From the NCBI GenBank assembly GCA_038087875.1, contig CM075999.1, positions 2,048,001-2,112,000 on the forward strand: a stretch of DNA of 64,000 nucleotides. Reading direction: 5' to 3'. This DNA comes from Malacoraja senta (taxonomy: Eukaryota). Of this stretch, positions 10,706 through 24,188 are shown piece by piece (within the stretch, counting starts at the first letter, position 1; the number at the start of each line of letters is the position of its first letter). The notes beneath the pieces were generated by a model. That model searched no databases and was not told the DNA's origin. It saw nothing but the letters and a program-made list of their open reading frames with translations. The position numbers and the translations under genes are program-made.

Positions 10706-13700
10706 CAATAGGTGCAGGAGGAGGCCATTCGGCCCTTCGAGCCAGCACCGCCATTCATTGTGATTATGGCTGATCATCCCCAATCAGTACCCCGTTCCTG
10801 CCTTCTCCCCATATCCCCTCACTCCGCTATCTTTAAGAGCCCTATCTAGCTCTAAAAGGACACCAAGTGCAGGAGTAACTCAGCAGGTCAGGCAGCATCT
10901 CTGGAGGAGGTGGAAAGCTGACGTTTCGGGTGGGGCCCTTCTTCAGCTTGATTGTGGTGGAGGAGTGAGGGGGAGAATGCTGGAAAGGAGGGGCAGGACA
11001 AAGCCTGGGAGAGGGATAGGCCAGTCCGAAGAAGGGTCTCGACCTGAAACGTCACCTATTCCTTTTCTCCAGAGATGCTGCCTGACCCGCTGAGTTACTC
11101 CAGCACTTTGTGGCTATCCTGGAGAGTGATAGGTGGATACAGGTGAGGGGGAGTTTTTGATAGGCAGATGGTTGAACAAAGGCCAGAAAGGTGTGAGATA
11201 AGGATAGAATTGTGAAACCCTACGAACAACAATCCCACACATTTGCCCACTGTGGAAATGCATGTCCACAACCTGAGGGCGGTCACGGAGGCGCAGCGGT
11301 AGAGTAGCTGCCTTACAGCGAATGCAGACCCGGGTTCGATCCCGACTACGGGCGCTGTCTGTACGGAGTTTGCACGTTCTCCCCGTGACCTGCGTGGGTT
11401 TTCTCCGAGATCTTCGGTTTCCTCCCACACTCCAAAGACGTACAGGTTGTAGGTTAATTGGTTTGGTAAATGAACAATCGTCCCTAGTGTGTAGGATGGT
11501 GTTAGTGCGCGGGGATCGCTGGTCGGTACCGACCCGGTGGGCCGAAAGGGCCCATTTCCCCGCTGTATCTCTAAACTAAACTAAACCTGTTCCTTATGTT
11601 CGATGTACAAATGGGAGTCCACCACATGGGTATGTGGTCAGGATTTACTCCCCCAGCAAGAAGAGCTGGTACAACGAAAACATCTGTTAGAATCTCCCCA
11701 GTCAGCAAGAGGAGAGCAAAAATGAGTCTTGTCCTAATTTAAGAACAATTTCCCTTCTCATTCAGTTACTTACAAGCGTCAGGAAGTTAGGGTGACACTG
11801 AAGGCTCCAGTTACAGCCAGGACCAGGGGCCACAGTTTAAGAATAAAGAGTGAGTCATTTAGAGCCATTTTAGAACGGAGACGAGGAAACACTTTTTCTC
11901 ACAGAGAGTGGTGAGTCTGTGGAATTCTCTGCCTCAGAGGGCGGTGGAGGCAGGTTCTCTGGATGCTTTCAAGAGAGAGCTAGATAGGGCTCTTAAAGGT
12001 AGCGGGGTCAGGGGATATGGGGAGAAGGCAGGAACGGGGTACTGATTGGGGATGATCAGCCATGATCACATTGAATGGCGGTGCTGGCTCGAAGGGCCGA
12101 ATGGCCTACTCCTGCACCTATTGTCTATTGTCTATTGAAAGATAACCATCTTATTTCCTCCTGTATCAGTGGCAACATGAATCTGAGGTACAGACCTTGT
12201 GTGTAGGAAAGAACTGCAGATGCTGGTTTAAAATCGAAGATAGACACAAAATGCTGGAGTAACTCAGCGGGTCAGGCAGCATCTCTGGAGAGAAGGAATG
12301 GGTGACGTTTCGGGTCGAGACCCTTCATCAGTCTGCCTGTCCCGTTGAGTTACTCCAGCATTTTGTGTCTATGTGCGAGGTACAGATTTGGATCTCCACA
12401 CACTCCGGGGAATTTCAGAATTCTTGCAATGATGTTTTTGTTTAGTAAAGGAACGGCTTTTGTTTTTTAGCAATCCATCTGTAAGATGCAGCACGGTGGC
12501 GCAGCGGTAGAGTTGCTGCGCCACAGCGCCACAGACCCGGTTCCATCCTGACTACGGGTGCTGTCTGTACGGAGTTTGCACGCTCTCCCTGTGTCCACGT
12601 GGTTTTCCCCAGGTGCTCAGGCTTCCTTCCACACTCCAAAGACGTCCAGGTTTGTCGAACTAGTGTACTGGGTGATCAATGGTCGCCGTGGACTCAGTGG
12701 GCCGATGGGCCTGTTTCCATGCTGTACCTCTAAAGCTCAATTAAGGTGGGTTTTTGGTCCCATTGGCCATTGATGTATCTGCTACCTACCACGGGGGCTG
12801 GTCCAAGCAAGCCATCATGTTTGGCTGCACTTTCCCTGGTCATTGACCAGTGGCAGATGGTGACAGCTCCATGCTAGATACCAACGCAGATTAGATTGCA
12901 AAATTCTCCGTAGCCAAGCAGTTAAACTGGTTTCAAAATGTCACTGGGAGGTGCCAGTTAATTGGAAAACAGAACAATATCATCCACTCAGGTTCACATT
13001 CATTTCAGTTTCAGTTTTAGTTTATTGTCACATGTACCGAGGGAGAGTAAAAAGCTTTTGTTACAATAGACAATAGACAATAGGTGCAGGAGCAGGCCAT
13101 TCGGCCCTTCGTGCCAGCACCACCATTCAATGTGATCATGGCTGATCATCCCCAATCAGTACCCTGTTCCTGCCTTCTCCCCATATCCCCTGACTCCGCT
13201 ATCTTTAAGAGCCCTATCTAGCTCTAAAAGGACAACAAGTGCAGGAGTAACTCAGCAGGTCAGGCAGCATCTCTGGAGGAGGTGGAAGGCTGACGTTTCG
13301 GGTGGGGGCCGTTCTTCAGCTGGATTGTGGTGGAGGAGTGAGGGGAGAATGCTGGAAAGGAGGGGCAGGACAAAGCCTGGAGAGGGATAGGCCAGTCTGA
13401 AGAAGGGTCTCGACCTGAAACGTCACCTATTCCTTTTCTCCAGAGATGCTGCCTGACCCGCTGAGTTACTCCAGCACTTTGTGGCTATCCTGGAGAGTGA
13501 TAGGTGGATACAGGTGAGGGGGAGTTTTTGATAGGCAGATGGTTGAACAAAGGCCAGAAAGGTGTGAGATAAGGATAGAATTGTGAAACCCTACGAACAA
13601 CAATCCCACACATTGCCCACTATGGAAAGCATGTCCACAACCTGAGGGCGGTCACGGAGGCGCAGCGGTAGAGTTGCTGCCTTACAGCGAATGCAGACCC

Positions 13701-16332
13701 GGGTTCGATCCCGACTACGGGCGCTGTCTGTACGGAGTTTGCACGTTCTCCCCGTGACCTGCGTGGGTTTTCTCCGAGATCTTCGGTTTCCTCCCACACT
13801 CCAAAGACGTACAGGTTTGTAGGTTAATTGGTTTGGTAAATGAACAATCGTCCCTAGTGTGTAGGATGGTGTTAGTGAGTGGGGATCGCTGGTCGGTACC
13901 GACCCGGTGGGCCGAAGGGCCCATTTCCCCGCTGTATCTCTAAACTTAACTAAACCTGTTCCTTATGTTCGATGTACAAATGGGAGTCCACCACATGGGT
14001 ATGTGGTCAGGATTTACTCCCCCAGCAAGAAGAGCTGGTACAACGAAAACATCTGTTAGAATCTCCCCAGTCAGCAAGAGAGAGCAAAAATGAGTCTTGT
14101 CCTAATTTAAGAACAATTTCCTTCTCATTCAGTTACTTACAAGCGTCAGGAAGTTAGGGTGACACTGAAGGCTCCAGTTACAGCCAGAACCAGGGGCCAC
14201 AGTTTAAGAATAAGGAGTGAATCATTTAGAGCCATTTAGAACGGAGACGAGGAAACACTTTTTCTCACAGAGAGTGGTGAGTCTGTGGAATTCTCTGCCT
14301 CAGAGGGCGGTGGAGGCCGGTTCTCTGGATACTTTCAAGAGAGAGCTAGATAGGGCTCTTAAAAATAGCGGAGTCAGGGGATATGGGGAGAAGGCAGAAC
14401 GGGGTACTGATTGGGGATGATCAGCCATGATCACATTGAATGGCGGTGCTGGCTCGAAGGGCCGAATGGCCTACTCCTGCACCTATTGTCTATTGTCTAT
14501 TGAAAGATAACCATCTTATTTCCTCCTGTATCAGTGGCAACATGAATCTGAGGTACAGACCTTGTGTGTAGGAAAGAACTGCAGATGCTGGTTTAAAATC
14601 AAAGATAGACACAAAATACTGGAGTAACTCATCGGGTCAGGGAGCATCTCTGGAGAGAAGGAATGGGTGACGTTTCGGGTCGAGACCCTTCATCAGTCTG
14701 CCTGTCCCGTTGAGTTACTCCAGCATTTTGTGTCTATGTGCGAGGTACAGATTTGGATCTCCACACACTCCGGGGAATTTCAGAATTCTTGCAATGATGT
14801 TTTTGTTTAGTAAAGGAACGGCTTTTGTTTTTTAGCAATCCATCTGTAAGATGCAGCACGGTGGCGCAGCGGTAGAATTGCTGCCCCACAGCGCCACAGA
14901 CCCGGTTCCATCCTGACTACGGGTGCTGTCTGTACGGAGTTTGCACGCTCTCCCTGTGTCCACGTGGGTTTTCCCCAGGTGCTCAGGCTTCCTTCCACAC
15001 TCCAAAGACGTCCAGGTTTGTCGAACTAGTGTACTGGGTGATCAATGGTGGGCGTGGACTCAGTGGGCCGATGGGCCTGTTTCCATGCTGTACCTCCAAA
15101 CTAAGCTCAATTAAGGTGGGTTTTTTGGTCCCATTGGCCATTGATGTATCTGCTACCTACCACGGGGGGCTGGTCCAAGGCAAGCCATCATGTTTGGCTG
15201 CACTTTCCCTGGTCATTGACCAGTGGCAGATGGTGACAGCTCCTTGCTAGATACCAACGCAGATTAGATTGCAAAATTCTCCGTAGCCAAGCAGTTAAAC
15301 AGGTTTCAAAATGTCACTGGGAGGTGCCAGTTAATTGGAAAAACACAACAATATCATCCACTCAGGTTCACATTCATTTCAGTTTCAGTTTAGTTTATTG
15401 TCACATGTACCGAGGGAGAGTAAAAAGCTTTTGTTACAATAGACAATAGACAATAGGTGCAGGAGCAGGCCATTCGGCCCTTCGTGCCAGCACCACCATT
15501 CAATGTGATCATGGCTGATCATCCCCAATCAGTACCCTGTTCCTGCCTTCTCCCCATATCCCCTGACTCCGCTATCTTTAAGAGCCCTATCTAGCTCTAA
15601 AAGGACAACAAGTGCAGGAGTAACTCAGCAGGTCAGCAGCATCTCTGGAGGAGGTGGAAGGCTGACGTTTCGGGTGGGGGCCGTTCTTCAGCTGGATTGT
15701 GGTGGAGGAGTGAGGGGGAGGAATGCTGGAAAGGAGGGGCAGGACAAAGCCTGGAGAGGGATAGGCCAGTCTGAAGAAGGGTCTCGACCTGAAACGTCAC
15801 CTATTCCTTTTCTCCAGAGATGCTGCCTGACCCGCTGAGTTACTCCCAGCACTTTGTGGCTATCCTGGAGAGTGATAGGTGGATACAGGTGGAGGGGAGT
15901 TTTTGATAGGCAGATGGTTGAACAAAGGCCAGAAAGGTGTGAGATAAGGATAGAATTGTGAAACCCTACGAACAACAATCCCACACATTGCCCACTATGG
16001 AAATGCATGTCCACATCCTGAGGGCGGTCACGGAGGCGCAGCGGTAGAGTTGCTGCCTTACAGCGAATGCAGACCCGGGTTCGATCCCGACTACGGGCGC
16101 TGTCTGTACGGAGTTTGCACGTTCTCCCCGTGACCTGCGTGGGTTTTCTCCGAGATCTTCGGTTTCCTCCCACACTCCAAAGACGTACAGGTTTGTAGGT
16201 TAATTGGTTTGGTAAATGAACAATCGTCCCTAGTGTGTAGGATGGTGTTAGTGCGCGGGGATCGCTGGTCGGTACCGACCCGGTGGGCCGAAAGGGGCCC
16301 ATTTCCCCGCTGTATCTCTAAACTAAACTAAA
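10706..16332. repeat. Tandem duplication, unit ~2372 bp, at least 2.4 copies, running into an assembly gap
   Basis: The same anchor CAATAGGTGCAGGAG occurs at 10706, 13078 and 15451. Unique spacers repeat in register (11590-11815 vs 13955-14185; 12750-13000 vs 15120-15375). Confidence 0.9.
12304..12331 (-). ncRNA. Minimal hammerhead ribozyme motif in a PLE terminal repeat
   Basis: Minus strand CUGAUGA-A-GGGU(CUCG)ACCC-GAAAC-GUC; duplicate at 14669-14696. Confidence 0.7.
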
Positions 16333-16532
16333 NNNNNNNNNNNNNNNNNNNNNNNNNNNNNNNNNNNNNNNNNNNNNNNNNNNNNNNNNNNNNNNNNNNN
16401 NNNNNNNNNNNNNNNNNNNNNNNNNNNNNNNNNNNNNNNNNNNNNNNNNNNNNNNNNNNNNNNNNNNNNNNNNNNNNNNNNNNNNNNNNNNNNNNNNNNN
16501 NNNNNNNNNNNNNNNNNNNNNNNNNNNNNNNN
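16333..16532. other. Assembly gap (200 N)
   Basis: Run of N. Confidence 1.
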
Positions 16533-16754
16533 TGACTCCACTAGCCCTAGAGCTCTATCTAACTCTCTCTTAAATCCATCCAGTGACTTGGCCTCCACTG
16601 CCCTCTGTGGCAGGGAATTCCACAAATTCACAACTCTCTGGTGAAAAGGTTTTTTCTCACCTCAGTCTTAAATGGCCTCCCCTTTATTCTAAGACTGTGG
16701 CCCTGGTTCTGGACTCGCCCAACATTGGGAACATTTTTCCTGCGTTAGAAACCC

Positions 16755-17083
16755 AGTTTACACCCCAGCGGTATGAACATTGACTTCTCTAACTTCAAGT
16801 AACCCTTGCTTTCCCTCTCTCTCCATCCCTCCCCCACCCTAGTTCTCCCACTAGTTCCACCGTCCTCCTGATTAATGTTACTGTTTGTACGCCTTGTTGT
16901 CACCTGCCCCTCAGCCAACAATGAACCATTCTACATTTCCTTAATTATCGTCTGCTTTGATCGGTCCTTTTCACACCCTACCCATCCACGTCACTAGTCT
17001 CCCTCTCCCCTGAAGAAGGGTCTCGACCCAAAACACCACCCATTCCTCCTCTCCAGAGATGCTGCCTGTCCCGCTGAGTTATT
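16755..17083 (+). mobile_element. Penelope-like element 3' fragment (ORF C-terminus, 3'UTR, degenerate hammerhead)
   Basis: SLHPSGMNIDFSNFK* (16755-16802) matches the C-terminus typical of vertebrate PLE GIY-YIG ORFs; CTGAAGAAGGGTCTCGACCC follows at 17010. Confidence 0.75.
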
Positions 17084-17084
17084 T

Positions 17085-17650
17085 GACGATAGGATAGAAC
17101 TTTTATTCATCCCAGGAGGGAAATTGATCTGCCAACATTCACAACACACAAAATACACGAAACATGAAATTAAAGTGGCGTGAGGAAAGGATTGGGGATG
17201 TGCAAGAATTGGGGGGGGGGTCAGTCTCAGTCTACCCACGACAGGAGAGGGAGGAGTGTACAGTTTGATAGCCACAGGGAAGAAGGATCTCCTGTGGCGT
17301 TCTGTGCTGTATCTTGGTGGGACCAGTCTGTTGCTGAAGGTGATCCTCAGGTTGACCAGTATGTCACGGAGGGGGTGAGCTGTATTGTCCAGGATGCTCC
17401 ACAGTTTGGGGAGCCATCCTCCCCTCCAAGACCAACCTCCCCGTGAACCAACTCCAACTCCGCCCCCAGGACGGAGCCAGCCTTCCTGATGAGTTGTTGA
17501 TCCTGTTGGCGTCCCCTGCCATCGCACTGCTGCCCCGGCCTGGCACACGTCAGCGAAGAAGTTGGCACCGGCCACCACCGATTGGTAGAACATCTGCAGC
17601 ATCTCACTGCAGATGTTGAAGGAGAGGGGCCTCCTCAAAAAGTACAGGCG
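17085..17650 (-). mobile_element. Rex1/Babar LINE 3' fragment, frameshifted
   Basis: RLYFLRR..SFNICSEMLQMFYQSVVA...ILDNTAHPL...TERHRRSFFPVAIKLY; the same 3'UTR occurs at 62625-62845 (+). Confidence 0.82.
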
Positions 17651-20410
17651 CTCTGTCCCTTCTTGTACAAGGCCTCGGCGTTCCGGGACCAGTCCAGTTT
17701 TGTGTCTATCTTCGATGTAAACCAGCATCTGGAGTTCCCTTCCTACACAGTTAGAATGCCAGTTGTGACCTTGCTGTTCCAGCGTAGATTTATGCTCAGA
17801 AACCTGTTTTCAGTTTGGGATCCCCTTTCCTAAACGCTTAACGTTTCAAAATTCAGAGGCCAATTTACAAATGTATTATGTGTAGAAATATCTCCATGTC
17901 TCCTTCTCTCTAGAGTAGGGCGGGGGTGGGGGGTGGAGAAAGCTGGAAAAGAGAGGTGGGGGCAGGACAAAGCCTGGCAAATGATAGGTGTAGGATGGAA
18001 CTGCAGATGCTGGTTTAAACCGAAGATAGACACGAAAAGCTGGAGTAACTCAGCGGGACAGGCAGCATCTCTGGAGAGAAGGGGATGGGTGGCGTTTCGG
18101 GTCGAGACCCTTCTTCAGACTTTTTAGTTGCTGGATTTTCTCCCAAGAGGAAGGATAAGGTGAACATTCCTGCAGCAGTAATAACTCTGTATCCTTCTCA
18201 TTTTCAGACAGAATCTTCTCCAATGTATTACATGGGTTAATCCTATTCCCACAACTCCATGCTGTGGCTTTCTAATAGATTTGATGGTCTTTATTTGCAA
18301 TAAAAGATAAATAGTCTATTTGTAGAATGGGCAGCTCGGTGGCCCAGCGGGTTGAGTTGCTGCCTCACAGCGCCAGAGACCCGGGTTCCATCCTGCCTAC
18401 GGGCGCTGTCTGTACGGAGTTTGTACGTCCTCCCCGTGAGTTTTCCCCGAGATCGCCGGTTTCCTCCCACACTCCAAAGACGTACAGGTTTGTAGGTTAC
18501 TTGGCTTGGTGTAAATGTGAACATTGTCCCTGGTGTGTGTCGGGTAGTGTTAGTGTGCGGGGATCGCTGGTCGGTGAGGACTCGGTGGGACGAAGGGCCT
18601 GGTTCCGTGCTGTATCCCTATGTGAGTGAGGCCAACATGTCCCAGCTACACTAGTTCCACCTGCCTGCGTTTGGCCATATCCCTCCAAACCTGTCCTATC
18701 CATGTACCTGTCTAACTGCTTCTTTAAACATTGGGATAGTCCCAGCCTCAACTACCTCCTCTGGCAGCTCACCAATCCCAGAGTTGCTGATGTCAGGGAA
18801 TTCAAATGTTCGTCATTCATTCCATTTGTGAATTTATTCATAGACGAGTACAAAATCATGAGAGGAATAGATTGGGTAGATGCACAGAGTCTCTTGCCCA
18901 GAGTAGGGGGAATCGAGGACCAGAGGACTAGGTTTAAGGTGAAGGGGGAATGATTTAATAGGAATCTCAGGGGTCATTTTTTTCACACAGAGACGGTGGG
19001 TGTATGGAACGAGCTGCCGGAGGAGGTAGTTGAGGCTGGGACTATCCCAACGTTTAAGAAGCAGTTAGACAGGTACATGGATAGGACAGGTTTGGAGGGA
19101 TATGGGCCAAACGCAGGCAGGTGGAACTAGTGTAGCTGGGACATGTTGGCCGGTGTGGGCAAGTTGGGCAGAAGGGCCTATTTCCACACTGTATCACTCT
19201 CTGACTATGACTCTATGACTAATCATACAGCACTGTAGCAGGCCCTTTGGCCCATCGAGTCCATGTTGACTATCAGGCATACGTTCACACCATACTGGCC
19301 CCACATTCCTGTCGACTCTCCCACATTCCGCACTCACCTGCAAGCTCGTGGACGTTTACAGCTGCCAATAGTGGAGGTGTGGGCTTGGACCCGAATCGTC
19401 ACCCGTTCCTTCGCTCCAGAGATGCTGCCTGTCCGCTGAGGTACTCCAGCACTTTTAGTTCAGTTTAGTTTAATTTAGTTTGGAGATACAGCGCGGAACA
19501 GGCCCTTCGGCCCCACCGACCAGTGATCCCCCACGCTAACACTACCCTACACACACACACACTAGGGACATTTACTATTTACACCAAAGCCAATTAACCT
19601 ACAAACCTGTACGTCTTTGGAGCGTGGGAGGAACCGAAGATCTTGGAGAAATCCCACGCGGGTCAAGGGGAGAACGTGCAAACTCCGTACAGGAACAGAA
19701 CCCGTAGTTGGGATCGAACCCGGGTCTCTGGCGCTGTGAGGCAGCAACTCTACCGCTGAGCCACCGTGCTGCCTTTGTTTTCTTTTTTTCTTGTTGTAAG
19801 CCAGCATCTGCTGTTCCTTTGTTTTTCCAACACTGAGGTCTGCTTGGCCTCCCTCACATGGAGAGGTGCAAATCCTTTAGCCTTGGTTATCATCCATTAT
19901 CGTGAAAGGAGGCAAGGTCTTTATCATCGACTTCAAAGGGATTGCATTATTTTTCTTCTCGAAGACGGATGTTCAGTGTTTAATGTCGATTTTTTTAACC
20001 CAATATTTATCATACGGCTGAAATAAATGATGCTGGCACAGAACATCAAACAGAACACGAAGCTGTTAGTAGAGGTTTTTGCATAACGCAGCGGGGAGGT
20101 TGGGAATCGGAGCTATGTGCTGGAGTTTTTTATCCTATTAAAGCACCAGTCAGGGGGTGGGAGGAGGAGTTGATTGAATGAGTTGGTAACAAGCAGTTGT
20201 TTGTGCATCAAAGGGACCAAAGTGTTATCAAACAGACTCAGGCAGCTGGAGAGTACAGACACACCCTGCAGTGCTTGGTAATAACACTACTAAACTGAGT
20301 TTAAAAACAATTACGATAGTTGCCTCTGTTTCAGAGTGTTGCGGGACTCGTAGCTGGAACCCGTTCTCACTTCCAATGCGGTAGCAATTACTTTGAGAAA
20401 GATTTTAGTT

Positions 20411-21130
20411 CAGCGGTGTGAACATTGACTTCTCCAACTTCAGATAGCCCTTGCTTTCTTTCTCTCTCCACCCCCCTCCCCCTTCCAGTTCTCCCACCAG
20501 TCTTGTGTTAAAGAAGGAACTGCAGATTGCTGGAAAATCGAAGTACACAAAAATGCTGGAGAAACTCAGCGGGTGCAGCAGCATCTATGGAGCGAAGGAA
20601 ATAGGCAACGTTTCGGCCCGAAACCTTCCGGGTTTCGGCCCCGAAACGTTACCTATTTCCTTCCTGAAGGGTTTCGGCCCGAAATGTTGCCTATTTCCTT
20701 CCTGAAGGGTTTCGGCCCGAAACGTTACCTATTTCCTTCCTGAAGGGTTTCGGCCCGAAACGTTACCTATTTCCTTCCTGAAGGGTTTCGGCCCGAAACG
20801 TTGCCTATTTCCTTCCTGAAGGGTTTTGGCCCGAAACGTTACCTATTTCCTTCCTGAAGGGTTTCGGCCCGAAACGTTGCCTATTTCCTTCCTGAAGGGT
20901 TTCGGCCCGAAACGTTGCCTATTTCCTTCGCTCCATAGATGCTGCTGCACCCGCTGAGTTTCTCCAGCATTTTTGTGTACCTCCCACCAGTCTTACTGTC
21001 TCCGCCTACATTCTATCTCTGTCCCGCCCCCTCCCCTGACATCAGTCTCGACCCGAAACGTCACCCATTCCCTTCTCTCCAGAGATGCTGCCCGTCCCGC
21101 TGAGTTACTCCAGCTTTTTGTGTCTACCTG
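20411..21130 (+). mobile_element. Penelope-like element 3' fragment hosting a nested fold-back element
   Basis: SGVNIDFSNFR* at 20412-20447; the 3'UTR is split at the duplicated CTCCCACCAGTCTT; the terminal repeat resumes near 21045. Confidence 0.72.
20505..20980. mobile_element. Fold-back PLE-derived non-autonomous element with an 8-unit 38-bp hammerhead-derived array and 14-bp TSD
   Basis: Inverted arms at about 20543-20625 and 20896-20980; unit CCTGAAGGGTTTCGGCCCGAAACGTTRCCTATTTCCTT; TSD at 20491-20504 and 20981-20994. Confidence 0.8.
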
Positions 21131-24110
21131 AGATTTTAGTTTAGTTTAGATTGGAGATACAGCGCGGTAAACGGTGCCCTTCAGCCCACCGAGTCCGCGG
21201 AGATATCGGAGAAAACCCACGCAGGTCACGGGGAGAAGGTACAAACTCCTTACAGACAGCACCGGTAGTCGGGATCGAACCCGGGTCTCTGGCGCTGTAA
21301 GGCAGCAACTCTACCGCTGCCCGCTTATTAGAGTCACAGAGTTTAACCTGTGTCCTCTGGTTCTTGATTCCCAGGAAAACACAACTATAGGGTTTATAAG
21401 GGGAGGGGGGAAAGATTTAATAGGAACCTGAGGGGTAACTTTTTCACACCAAAGGGTGGTGGGTGTATGGAACGGGCTGCCAGAGGAGGTAGTTGAGGCT
21501 GGGACTATCCCAACGTTTAAGAAACAATTAGACAGGTACATGGATAGGACAGGTTTAGAGGGATATGGACCAAACGCAGGCAGGTGGACTAGTGTAGATG
21601 GGACATGTTGGTTGGTGTGGCCAAGTTGGGCTGAAGGGCCAGTGTATGACTCGATGACTGTGGCTCATACAGGGTGGAAACAGGCCCTTCGGCCCAACTT
21701 GCCCACACCAACCAACATGTCCCAGCTACACTAGTCCCACCTGCTGCGTTTGGTCCATATCCCTCCAAACCTGTCCTATCCATGTACCTGTCCAGGTGAC
21801 TTTTTAAATGGTGTTATAGTGCCTGCCTCAACAACCTCCTTAGGCAGCTTGTTCCATATAACTACTACCTTTTATGTAAAAATGTTGCCCTTCAGGTTCC
21901 CATTTAATCTGAATGGCCTACTCCTGCACCTATTGTCTATTGTCTATTGACTCTGTGCATCTACCCGATCTATTCCTCTCATGATTTTGTACACCTCTAT
22001 ACGATCACCCACATCCTCCTGCACTCCGAGGAATAAAGTCATTTGAAGAACATAATCGACGAACAGTGACATATATCACTTCATAGCCCAGTTGCTCCCC
22101 AGGATATAATAATTCATCCATGGTTATGCAGGAAAATGTTCCCCCATGTTGGGAGTCCAGAACCAGGGGTCACAGTTTAAGAATAAGGGGTCGGCCATTT
22201 AGGACTGAGATGAGGAAAAAGTTTTTCACCCAAAGAGTTGTGAATCTGTGGAATTAGACAATAGACAATAGACTATAGGTGCAAGAGTAGGCCATTCGGC
22301 CCTTCGAGCCAGCACCACCATTCAATATGATCATCCCCAATCAGTACCCCGTTCCTGCCTTCTCCCCATATTCCCTGACTCCGCTATTTTTAAGAGCCCT
22401 ATCTAGCTCTCTCTTGAAAGCATCCAGAGAACCGGCCTCCGAGGCAGAGAATTCCACAGACTCACAACTCTCTGTGTGAAAAAGAATTCTCTGCCACCGA
22501 AGGCGGTGGGGGCTAATTCACTGGATGTTTTCAAGAAGGAATTAGATAGAGCTCTTAGGGGCTAAGGGACATGGGATTTTTGAATGATCAGCCATGACCA
22601 TATTGAATGGCGGTGCTGGCTCGAAGGGCGAATGGCCGACTCCTGCACCTATTGTCTATGTTTCTGTGTTTCTCTGGTTCAAGAGATCTGACTAACACAG
22701 GCCAGTAAAAGTCCCATAATGGTCTTGGACTATAAAATTAGACTCAAATCAATAATCTTTTAATCCAGCTTTGAATCCAATCAAATTTTACTAAAGTACC
22801 GTCCCATGCACAGATCACACACAAAAACCAGATAGCATTACCTTCTTTTAAGGCTGAACAGTAACTAATGGGGAGCTCTTGTTGGTTAATCCCGATTAAA
22901 GGGGAATAGGCCACATGTAAAGCTGTTTTATCTACGCGGTAAATGTCCCGTCTCTGTTACGCTATCCGCGGTGATCTTGCATCGATGACATCTGATTGCA
23001 CACCAAGACATGTCCTCATTAACCGCAGCTCATAACCTCCGAGGATTAGAACAGATTTTAGGCTCACACTCCAGCTCCGAGTATGAATCGTCCAGATGGA
23101 TTCGACGATGGTCAAATTATTCTTCCTCCAGTCACATTTCTCCCCCCCGATACGCCGACTGCTTTCAAGAGAGAGCTAGATAGGGCTGTTAAAAATAGCG
23201 GAGTCAGGGGATATGGGGAGAAGGCAGGAACGGGTACTGATTGGGGATGATCAGCCATAATCACATTGAATGGCGGTGCTGGCTCGAAGGGCCGAATGGC
23301 CTCCTCCTGCACCTATTGTCTATTATCTATTGTCTATTGATTACAAGGTTGCTGGAGAAACTCAGCAGGTGCGGCAGCATCCATGGAGCGATGGAAAGAG
23401 GCAACGTTTCGGGCGAAACCCTTCTTCAGACTGATTAAATCGAGCCGTCCACAGTGCACGGATACAGGATACAGGGAGCAGTGTGAATAACCTTTAGTGC
23501 AAGATGGGTTCTAATGGGGACCATTGAAGGGAGAGATGGTGGGCAGATGGAACCAGTGGGGAGAGGGATCGGGTGGGTGAAGTTGGTGGGTGGGTGTAAC
23601 CTGGGAGGGTGTGGGGGCAAGAACGGGTCTGGGTCCTGGGGGGGGGGGGGGTGAGGAGTAGAGGTGGGCTGTGGGTGGTGGGGGGGGATAATGTATTGGA
23701 AACCCCACAAGAATGCAAAGGACCACACACTAGTCCAATATACCAACGTGTTTGGTGTGGACTAGATGGGTTGCAGGACCTCTATACATGGTGTAGATTG
23801 GTTATTGGATGTGAACAATCATAGTAGAAGGCATACCTTGTGAAGGTATCTGAAGAAGAGTTTCGGGCCCGAAACGTTGCCTATTTCCTTCGCTCCACAG
23901 ATGCTGCTGCACCCGCTGAGTTTCCCCAGCATTTTTGTGTACCTCCTACACTAGGCAGTCTTGGAAGCGGTGACGATGAACTCGCAACTAACAATCTGAT
24001 GTACCGCTATATTAAGTGTGTCAATTAAGATGACTATAAACTCCAGACTGTGTAATGTACTTATTTACACATGGTATTTAGGTCTAAGGCCAGAGGTGGT
24101 TGGAAGGATG

Positions 24111-24116
24111 GAGAGG

Positions 24117-24188
<72 letters not shown>

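Noticed and set aside
20625..20928. CRISPR-like appearance of the 38-bp array (also the 34-, 37- and 39-bp arrays)
   Set aside because: Units are contiguous with no unique spacers, there are no cas genes, and the context is eukaryotic.
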